From Gemmatimonadota bacterium (GTDB lineage: Bacteria; Gemmatimonadota; Gemmatimonadetes; Longimicrobiales; Gaopeijiaceae): 64,000 bases of DNA. A program made the position numbers and the translations under genes. The DNA is taken from positions 15,648 to 79,647 of the forward strand of contig JAJDNC010000061.1 in NCBI GenBank assembly GCA_022340865.1, read 5' to 3'. The notes under the pieces were generated by a model that had not been told where the DNA came from, searched no databases, and saw nothing but the letters and a program-made list of their open reading frames with translations. This document shows, piece by piece, positions 28,897 through 36,118 of the stretch. Every line of letters starts with the position of its first letter. Position 1 is the first letter of the stretch.

Positions 28897-29334
28897 TCAG
28901 AGGTGCTGAGCCAGTCGCTCGATGAGGGGAGCTGCGGCCGCCAGCCGCTTGAGCTCCGCTTGCGTGAACCCACTCGACAGCGCGCGCGTCAACCGCTCCG
29001 TGCGTGCGGCGCGGCGGCTGCGCAGCATGCGGAGCCCCTCGCCCGTGACGGAAAGGATCATGCGCCGCCCGTCGTCCGGATCGGGCCGGCGCTGAATCAG
29101 GCCGCGACGCTCGAGGGCGGCGAGCGTCGCGCCCATCGACTGGGGGCTGATCTGTTCGAGCCTGGCAAGGGCCGCCGCGGTGCTCGGGCCGCCACGATCC
29201 AGCCAGGCCAGGGCCGAGGTCTCGGGCAGCGTGAGCTCGCCGCCCGCTTCCGTCTGCCGAATCCGCCGCCGCAGCAGACCGATGCTCGTACGAAGGGCTC
29301 CCGCGATTTCCTGGACATCCAGATCCTGGTGCAT
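28897..29334 (-). CDS. MarR family transcriptional regulator
   Basis: It shows the winged-HTH pattern: LTLPETSALAWLDRGGPSTAAALARLEQISPQSMGATLAALERRGLIQRRPDPDDGRRMIL. It is the first gene of a marR-MFS-MATE operon. Confidence 0.85.
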   Translation of the reverse strand: MHQDLDVQEIAGALRTSIGLLRRRIRQTEAGGELTLPETSALAWLDRGGPSTAAALARLEQISPQSMGATLAALERRGLIQRRPDPDDGRRMILSVTGEGLRMLRSRRAARTERLTRALSSGFTQAELKRLAAAAPLIERLAQHL

Positions 29335-29400
29335 ATAATCAGGCTAAACTGATAAGGCTGAACTTGCAAGCACACCTAGGTTGGATTGCCGACCTCACGT
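29335..29400. promoter_or_regulatory. AT-rich divergent promoter/operator region upstream of marR
   Basis: This is a local GC drop directly abutting the marR ATG. It contains a tandem AGGCT repeat (ATCAGGCTAAACTGATAAGGCTGAA) and the perfect palindrome CTTGCAAG (29363-29370). On the minus strand a TTGCAA -35-like hexamer sits 17 nt before TAGCCT. Confidence 0.35.
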
Positions 29401-29693
29401 ACCGGTGCATGGCAGAGGCCGTTGTGCAGATCGTGGAAGCCTACCTCGACGGCTCCTACGACCGAGCGATCAACCCGGAGGCCGTCGATCATCGGAGCGG
29501 CGGGTAGCGACGCGCGGCACGCCCAGGACCTCCGGCCGCTTGCCTCGGGTATCGACTGTCGCCTAATACGTAGCACCTCGCCCCGTGACCGGCTGCCCGC
29601 CTGCCCGCCTCCTTTGAACGGTCATGACTCGCGCCGGCCACGGCCATTGCACGTCGGAAAAGGCCGGCAGCTCGAGGCTCGAAGGGAGGATCC

Positions 29694-31265
29694 ATGTCGC
29701 TGCGCGCTCGTGCGACGCTGCCCGACCGCTTCAACGCGGCCGAGTGGTTCGTGGGCCGGCACGTCCGGGAGAACCGTGCAGACCGCACGGCCGTCGTCTC
29801 GGACGAGGGCACGCTCGATTACGCCGGCCTGGACGAGGCGGTACGGCACCGCGCCGCGGCGCTCCTCCAGGCAGGCCTGCATCCGGGTGATCGGGTGGCC
29901 CTCCTGCTGCCGGACGGACCGGAGCTGCTGTCGCTGTTCTGGGGCGTTCTCGCGGCCGGCGGCGTGGCCGTGCCCTTGAACACGCTGCTCGGCGAGGACG
30001 AGATCTCCCGCATCCTCGATGACTGCGATCCGCGGATCGTGGTGGCGGATCCCGCACTCGCCGACGCCCATCGTCTTGCGCGCGAGGGCACCGTCTTGTG
30101 GTCTCCCGCGGAGTCGGCGGACCGCGCCGCCTTGGTGCCGCCGGTCACCGCGTACGCCTCGACCCGACGCGACGGGGTGGCCTTCTTCCTGTATTCGAGC
30201 GGGACGACAGGGGAGCCCAAGGGAGTCGTCCACCTCCACCACGACATGTGGGTATGCTGTGCGACATACGGAGAGCAGGTGCTCGGGATCCGGCCCGACG
30301 ACCGCTGCCTGAGCCTGGCCAAGCTGTTCTTCGCGTACGGCCTCGGAAACTCCGGCTACTTCCCCGCCCATGAGGGCGCGGCCACGGTGCTCTTTGCGGG
30401 GCGCCCCACACCGGCGGCCATGTTCGAGCAGGTGGCCCGCCACAGGCCCACGCTCTTCTTCGCCGTCCCGACGGCCTACGCCCAGATGCTCGACGCCATG
30501 GAGCGCGGCGAAGATGCCGACTTCTCGAGCGTGCGGCTGTGCGTGAGCGCCGGGGAGTCGCTGCCCGCTCCGATCTTTCGGCGATGGCTGGAGCGCACCG
30601 GAACCGAGATCCTGGATGGCATCGGCTCGACGGAGATCTGCCACATCTTCCTGTCGAATCGGCCCGGCGCGTGCGCCCCTGGCACCACGGGTCGTCCCGT
30701 CCCGGGATACGACCTGCGCCTCGCCGACGAGGACGGGCGCGACGTGCCAGCCGGTCAACCCGGCGACCTCTTCGTGTGCGGCGACTCCACCATGGCCTTG
30801 TACTGGAACCGCCACGAGGAGACCAAACGCACTCTCGAGGGCGACTGGATCCGCACCGGCGACAAGTATCTCGTGGACGAGGACGGCAACTGGAGGCACG
30901 CCGGCCGGAGCGACGACATGCTCAAGGTCGGAGGGATCTGGGTCTCGCCGGTGGAGGTCGAAGCCACTCTGGTGGCGCACGAGGCGGTGCTGGAGTGCGC
31001 GGTGGTGGGCGAGAGAAACGCGGAGGGACTCGTGAAGCCCGCGGCATTCGTGGTGCTGAAGAACGGGGCGACAAGGGCGAGTGTCGAGGGTGCGATGGGA
31101 AACAGCGTCGATGGGATCGCTCGCGAGCTCCAGGACTTCGTCAAGGAGCGGCTGGCTCCCTACAAGTACCCCCGCCACATCCTGTTCCGGGATGCGCTCC
31201 CCAAGACCGCCACCGGCAAGATCCGACGCTTCTTGCTGCGCCAGGAGTTGGAGGCGAACCCCTGA
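29694..31265 (+). CDS. Benzoate-CoA ligase family aromatic acid-CoA ligase (AMP-forming adenylating enzyme)
   Basis: It has FNAAEWFVGRHV..., YSSGTTGEPKGVVH (AMP-binding P-loop), KLFFAYGLGN (characteristic of the benzoate/4-hydroxybenzoate/2-aminobenzoate-CoA ligase clade), GDKY and PKTATGKIRRF. A GGGAGG SD is present. Confidence 0.8.
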   Translation: MSLRARATLPDRFNAAEWFVGRHVRENRADRTAVVSDEGTLDYAGLDEAVRHRAAALLQAGLHPGDRVALLLPDGPELLSLFWGVLAAGGVAVPLNTLLGEDEISRILDDCDPRIVVADPALADAHRLAREGTVLWSPAESADRAALVPPVTAYASTRRDGVAFFLYSSGTTGEPKGVVHLHHDMWVCCATYGEQVLGIRPDDRCLSLAKLFFAYGLGNSGYFPAHEGAATVLFAGRPTPAAMFEQVARHRPTLFFAVPTAYAQMLDAMERGEDADFSSVRLCVSAGESLPAPIFRRWLERTGTEILDGIGSTEICHIFLSNRPGACAPGTTGRPVPGYDLRLADEDGRDVPAGQPGDLFVCGDSTMALYWNRHEETKRTLEGDWIRTGDKYLVDEDGNWRHAGRSDDMLKVGGIWVSPVEVEATLVAHEAVLECAVVGERNAEGLVKPAAFVVLKNGATRASVEGAMGNSVDGIARELQDFVKERLAPYKYPRHILFRDALPKTATGKIRRFLLRQELEANP

Positions 31266-31303
31266 GCCAACGTTCGTGGCGGCGTGGTCGGGCCTTCCTC
31301 GAC

Positions 31304-32053
31304 GTGGGCGGCGCTCACCTGGAGGTTCGCCGCTTCGGCCCGCCACCGTCGGAAGCGCCGCCCATCGTCTTCCTTCACGAGGGGCTCGGATCGGCCCGGC
31401 AGTGGCGTGACTACCCGGCGCGGGTGTGCGACGCGCTCGGGCGGAGCGGCCTCGCGTACAGCCGGGTCGGCTATGGCGCCTCGGACCCGGTCGAGCTTCC
31501 ACGCCCCGTCTCGTTCATGCACCTGGAGGCGTACGATGTCCTTCCAGTGCTCCTCGACGCCGCCAGCATCGGGAGAGTGGATCTGTACGGTCACTCGGAC
31601 GGCGCCTCCATCGCCCTGTTGTTCGCGGCGCGCCACCCGGAGCGGACGGGCGCCATGGTGCTGGAGGCGCCGCACGTGTTCGTGGAGGAGGTCACCACGC
31701 GGAGCATCGCCCGCATCGGCAAGGTGTACCGCACCACGAATCTGCGCGAGAAGCTGGCCCGGTGGCACGACGACCCCGACGGCGCCTTCCGCGGCTGGAA
31801 CGAGGTGTGGCTGGACCCGGCGTTCCGCTCCTGGGACATCCGTCGGGAGCTCCCCGGTGTCCACGCTCCCGTGCTGATCCTCCAGGGCGCGGACGACGAG
31901 TACGGGACCTGGGCCCAGGTAGACGCGGTGGAACGGGGCGTGGCCGGCTCGGTCCGCTCGGTCCGGATCCCGGTATGTGGCCACGCTCCCCATCGGGACC
32001 AGCCGGACCGGGCACTCACGGAGGCCGTGGCGTTCCTGGCCGCGACGGCCTGA
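31304..32053 (+). CDS. Alpha/beta-fold hydrolase
   Basis: Only the 3' third of listed ORF 30539-32053 is real. It has IVFLHEGLGS, the nucleophile elbow GHSDGA, and C-terminal GHAPH. The proposed GTG start at 31304 is the first in-frame start after the ligase stop. Confidence 0.7.
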   Translation: MGGAHLEVRRFGPPPSEAPPIVFLHEGLGSARQWRDYPARVCDALGRSGLAYSRVGYGASDPVELPRPVSFMHLEAYDVLPVLLDAASIGRVDLYGHSDGASIALLFAARHPERTGAMVLEAPHVFVEEVTTRSIARIGKVYRTTNLREKLARWHDDPDGAFRGWNEVWLDPAFRSWDIRRELPGVHAPVLILQGADDEYGTWAQVDAVERGVAGSVRSVRIPVCGHAPHRDQPDRALTEAVAFLAATA

Positions 32054-32060
32054 CCACCCC

Positions 32061-33086
32061 TCAACCCGCCTTCCGGCCCTCCGCGAAGCCACTCAGCAGG
32101 CGGTGGACGCAGGTGCCGAGGACCTGGACGTTGTAGCCGCCTTCCTGGCAGAGGAGAACGGGACAATCGATGCGCGCGATACGCCGACCGATCTCCTCGT
32201 ACACCTCGGTCGTCAGGGCGAAGCCGCCGATGGGATCGTCGGCGTGGGTATCGAAGCCGGCCCCTACGACGAGGGCGTTCGGCCCGAATCGGCGTATCGC
32301 CTTCAGAGCGCGATCCAGGGCCTTCAGGTACGCCGCATCGCCGCTGCCCAGCGCGAGCGGGAGATTCAGGTTCGTTCCCGCCGCCTGGCCCACACCGCGC
32401 TCCGAGCCGTACCCCCAGAAGTATGGATACTCGCGCTTCGGATCGCCGTGGATCGAGCAGGTGAAGACGTCCTTGCGCTCCTCGAAGAACTCCTGGTTGC
32501 CGTTTCCGTGGTGGTAGTCGATGTCGAGCACCGCCACGGTCCCCGCGGCCGCAAGGATCTCGACGGCCGCAGCGACGTTGTTGAAGTAGCAGTATCCGCC
32601 GAAGACGCGCGGGCCGGCGTGGTGGCCCGACGGCCGGCAGAGCGCGTAGACCTCACGCTCGCGGCCGTCGAGCAGAAGCTGTGCGCCGGTCATGGCCGCC
32701 TCCGCCGAGCCGCGTGCCACCTCGTAGGTGCGGCCCATGATCGGGGTCACGGCGTCGGTGCAGTACAGGCCGCCCCACAGGGCGTCGAGCTTGCGGGGAA
32801 GTCGCGCTCCCTCGCCCGGAAAGAGGTCCGGGTAGATCTCCTCGCCGGCGCGGCGCGCCACCCTCGACGTCTTCTTGATGAAGTCGTGGTACGGATGGAG
32901 TCGCGAGAGGTTGGCTTCGGGAAAGCGTCGTGCCTTGCGGAAACGGAAGCGCGAATCGGCGGCGAGCGCCTCCCGGATCACCTCCACGCGCCGCGGGGTG
33001 TCCTTGGTCTCGTAGGTCTCGGGCCCGAGCGTGAACTTCCAGCTCGGGTTGTGCAGGCCGAAGTTGGTCTTCTCAATGATGAGCAC
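32061..33086 (-). CDS. Histone-deacetylase-family (HDAC/acetylpolyamine amidohydrolase-like) zinc amidohydrolase
   Basis: It has CRPSGHHAGPRVFGGYCYFNN, VLDIDYHHGNG, GFDTHADDP and QEGGY motifs. The GTG start at 33086 is preceded by GGAAGGGA and overlaps the upstream gene by 14 nt. The listed ORF extends implausibly to 33524. Confidence 0.8.
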   Translation of the reverse strand: MLIIEKTNFGLHNPSWKFTLGPETYETKDTPRRVEVIREALAADSRFRFRKARRFPEANLSRLHPYHDFIKKTSRVARRAGEEIYPDLFPGEGARLPRKLDALWGGLYCTDAVTPIMGRTYEVARGSAEAAMTGAQLLLDGREREVYALCRPSGHHAGPRVFGGYCYFNNVAAAVEILAAAGTVAVLDIDYHHGNGNQEFFEERKDVFTCSIHGDPKREYPYFWGYGSERGVGQAAGTNLNLPLALGSGDAAYLKALDRALKAIRRFGPNALVVGAGFDTHADDPIGGFALTTEVYEEIGRRIARIDCPVLLCQEGGYNVQVLGTCVHRLLSGFAEGRKAG

Positions 33087-35223
33087 GGATATCCCTTCCG
33101 TTGCGCAGGAGCTCGATGACGGTGTCCAGCGGCAGGGCCGGAGCCCGCCGGTCGAGGCGGCCGTCCATCCCGTTCGAGCAGAAGATGGCGTTGAGCACGG
33201 CCTCCTCGGTGGCCTCCACGGCCGCCTCGTAGAGCACGTCGATGTGCCCGTCGGGGACGTAGCGCAGTGATCGGAACTTGCTGGTCTGTGTCGCGGTCCG
33301 TGGAACCCGGTTCGCGGTCGTGAAGGCGAGGACGATCTCGCCGCTCGTGGAGGCGGCGTACGATCCCACGCGGCCCAGACCCAGAGCCGCGCGCTTTGCG
33401 ATGCGCCCGAGCTGATGGCTGAGCAAAGGGACGTCGGTGGCCACCACCACGATGGCCGAGCCGTAGCTGTTGTGGCGACGCCCCTCGTCCGCGTACTGCG
33501 AATCCAACTCCCGGCCGACGACACGGCCGTCCACGGTCAGGTTGACCAGTCGACCGAAGTTCGAAAGGACGAGCACCCCGAGGGTAAAGCTGGTCTCCTC
33601 GATGGGGAAGATGCGCGAGGCCGTGCCGATCCCCCCGGCGAAGTCACAGGTCATCATCCCGCAGCCGGCACCGACGGACCCCTGGGCCACGGGTCCGTCC
33701 CGCGCCGACTCGATCGCTTTCAGTGTGTCCTGTCCCGAAGCGACGCCCACACGAGCGTCGTTGAGGAACGAGTCGTCCGCCTCTCCGACCACCGGTAGCA
33801 CCACGTCCTCGGCGTCGCCGATCTCCGGGTGGCGTCGGGCCATGTAGGAGTTCACTCCGTTCAGGACCCGGCCCACAGACAGCGAGTTGGTGAGCAGGAT
33901 CGGTGTCTCGATTAGACCCCACTCCATCGCCTGTGTGAGGCCGGCCATCTCGCCGACCCCGTTCAGCACGAAGGCACCCGCGACCATACGTCGCCGGAAG
34001 ACGTCTCCAGCCCCGGGGATGACGGCAGTGACCCCGGTGCGGACGCGCGTGGTGTCGCTCGTGCCCGGTACCGGAGCGTCGTCTTCGAATCGCGTGACGT
34101 GCCCGACACGGACGCCCTTCACGTCGGTGATGGCGTTGTTCAGGCCCGCGTCCAGTCGTCCGATGGTCACGCCGAGCTGTCGCGCCGTGGGGCGCGCCTC
34201 CCCTTCGCCGTCGCCCTCCCTCCGACCCGGTGTTCGCACAGGCAGTCTGTGGCGCCGGGCGGCCGAACGCACGATGAGCCGCATCACGTCCTTGAACTCC
34301 AGTCCACAGGTTCTGGCCGCGGTCATCAGCGACGCCTGCGGATGCAGGCTGGGCAGCGGATTCAGCTCGATGAAGTACGGATCTCCATTGTCGTGGAGGC
34401 GGATGTCCACACGTCCCAGATCGGGACAGTGCATGACCTCGAAGAGGTGACGCGCCATCTCCACCACCCGTTCACGCTCGTCGGCGGTGAGCTCGGCGGG
34501 ACAGACCACGTTGACGGCCCGCGCCCTGTCTCCTCCCTGCTTCATGTCGTAGTCGTAGATGTTGTACTTGCCGCCGACCGCGGCGAGGTCGAACGTGTGC
34601 TCGACGACGGCGAGGATCTTGCCCGGATAACTCTCCAGAAGCGGAATGCTCAGCTCGCGGCCCGGGATGAACTCCTCCACCACCAGACCGGCCGGATAGC
34701 GCGCGAGCATCTTCTCGGCCAGGGCTTCGAAGGCTTCCCGGCTCTCGACCACCGAGTCCTGTGTGACCCCCTTGCTCGACCCCTCGGCGTTGGGCTTCAC
34801 CATCAGCGGGAACTCGATGCCCGTCGGGATGTCTCGCCGCGTGGGCGTGATCACCCCTCCTCGAGGGACCCGGATGCCGCGAGCGGCCACCACGGTCTTC
34901 GCAAGGTGCTTGTCCAGGTTCATGTGCAGCAGCGAGGGATTGCCTCCGCTGAACGGAAGGCGGAGCTGCTCGTAGAGACCGGGATAGAAGGCTTCCCGCG
35001 ACGTGCCGATCGTGCCCTCGGCGAGGTTGAAGATCAGGTCGGGGTCACTGTCCAGGAGCCGCTCGACGACGTCATCGGGCTGACCCGTCACCTCCACCGG
35101 CGTCACCTTGTGGCGGAGTTGGCGCAGCGCCGAGCAGATTCGGTCGATGTCCTCCGCAGTCAGGAGCTCGGCCGTCTCCTCCGAGGCATCGGTGCGCAAG
35201 TTGTGGGCGACGGTGATCCGCAC
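33073..35223 (-). CDS. Fusion protein: D-alanine-D-alanine-ligase-like ATP-grasp domain (N-terminal) plus peptidase S58/DmpA-BapA (P1) aminopeptidase domain (C-terminal)
   Basis: A GTG start at 35223 lies 5 nt after AAGGAGG. The N-terminal half has ATP-grasp motifs (FPLMVKPNAEGSSKGV, VVEEFIPGRELSIPLL, GRVDIRLHDNGDPYFIELNPLPSL). After an Arg/Gly/Glu-rich linker, the C-terminal half begins NAITDVKGVRVGHVT and contains GSVGAGCGMM...GGIGTASR and YGSAIVVVATDVPLLSHQLGRIAKRAALGLGRVGS. The last resembles the Gly-Ser self-cleavage site and following strand of DmpA/BapA-type enzymes. Confidence 0.75.
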   Translation of the reverse strand: MRITVAHNLRTDASEETAELLTAEDIDRICSALRQLRHKVTPVEVTGQPDDVVERLLDSDPDLIFNLAEGTIGTSREAFYPGLYEQLRLPFSGGNPSLLHMNLDKHLAKTVVAARGIRVPRGGVITPTRRDIPTGIEFPLMVKPNAEGSSKGVTQDSVVESREAFEALAEKMLARYPAGLVVEEFIPGRELSIPLLESYPGKILAVVEHTFDLAAVGGKYNIYDYDMKQGGDRARAVNVVCPAELTADERERVVEMARHLFEVMHCPDLGRVDIRLHDNGDPYFIELNPLPSLHPQASLMTAARTCGLEFKDVMRLIVRSAARRHRLPVRTPGRREGDGEGEARPTARQLGVTIGRLDAGLNNAITDVKGVRVGHVTRFEDDAPVPGTSDTTRVRTGVTAVIPGAGDVFRRRMVAGAFVLNGVGEMAGLTQAMEWGLIETPILLTNSLSVGRVLNGVNSYMARRHPEIGDAEDVVLPVVGEADDSFLNDARVGVASGQDTLKAIESARDGPVAQGSVGAGCGMMTCDFAGGIGTASRIFPIEETSFTLGVLVLSNFGRLVNLTVDGRVVGRELDSQYADEGRRHNSYGSAIVVVATDVPLLSHQLGRIAKRAALGLGRVGSYAASTSGEIVLAFTTANRVPRTATQTSKFRSLRYVPDGHIDVLYEAAVEATEEAVLNAIFCSNGMDGRLDRRAPALPLDTVIELLRNGRDIRAHH

Positions 35224-35404
35224 GTGTTCCTCCTTGTTTCGATCTCGCCGACGCAACGGGTGTCCGGCCTCTCCCCGGCGCGAGGAAGGGCCTGGAGACA
35301 AGATCGGAACGTCCCGTGGATAGGTATCGAACCGCAAGCACAGACGTCAAACGAGGGCATGGGCGGCAGCGCCGCCGCCCTCTGGGGTAGGCGCGGTCGG
35401 TCCG

Positions 35405-36118
35405 CTACCCGGGTAGCGACGCGACCACCACCGTGGACGGCCCCTCCTGCCAGTCACAGCGCGCGTCGAAGCCCGCCGCCCGGAGAAGGCGGAGCTCCTC
35501 CTCCAACGGGAAGTAGGTGTCCTCCGACGCCCACTCCGCGAAGTGCTTCCACGCCCGCGCCTCTGGGATGCCCGACGACACGAGATGGTCGGCCCAGCCG
35601 CGGAACGCCATGTCGCGATCCGGGCCCTCCGCCGGCATGGTGACGTCCGCGTTCACCAGGACGCCGCCGGGTCGGAGCGCCGTCGCCACCCTCCGGAAGA
35701 TCTCCGCCTTGGCGTCCAGCGTCGCGATGTGGTGGAGGGAGAGGGATGCGGCGACGGCGTCGCACGAGGGGATGGGATCCGCGAAGGACCGAAGCGTGAA
35801 GCGCACCCGGTCGCCGTGGTCCTTCAAGCGGACGCGAGCCTGAGACAGCATCTCCGGGTCCACGTCCACCAGCTCGACCACGCCTACGCCCTCGTGCCAC
35901 AGGATGGCCTCCGAGAGGGCGCCTGTCCCGGCACCGAGATCGAGGACGAGGGCCGGGGCGACGGACGCCACCGCGGCGGCCGCCCGGACGAGCATGGTGT
36001 CGTACCCGGGAATGAACTGTCGGATGGCGGCGTCGTATCCGACGATGTCCACCCGGAGGTGGCGGCGAACGCTGTGGCTCAACGGGGTGGCCGTGCCATG
36101 GGAGTCAGCGGAGGGCAT
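35405..36118 (-). CDS. Class I SAM-dependent methyltransferase
   Basis: It has motif I VLDLGAGTGALSE and the downstream acidic VELVDVD. It overlaps the 3' end of the upstream peptidase gene by 14 nt. Confidence 0.75.
   Translation of the reverse strand: MPSADSHGTATPLSHSVRRHLRVDIVGYDAAIRQFIPGYDTMLVRAAAAVASVAPALVLDLGAGTGALSEAILWHEGVGVVELVDVDPEMLSQARVRLKDHGDRVRFTLRSFADPIPSCDAVAASLSLHHIATLDAKAEIFRRVATALRPGGVLVNADVTMPAEGPDRDMAFRGWADHLVSSGIPEARAWKHFAEWASEDTYFPLEEELRLLRAAGFDARCDWQEGPSTVVVASLPG

Noticed and set aside
29409-29507. A 32-codon ORF in the marR/CoA-ligase intergenic region
   Set aside because: It reads like a real protein N-terminus (possibly a SnoaL/NTF2-like remnant). It is too short, has no obvious SD, and nothing can be verified by eye, so it is not listed as a feature.
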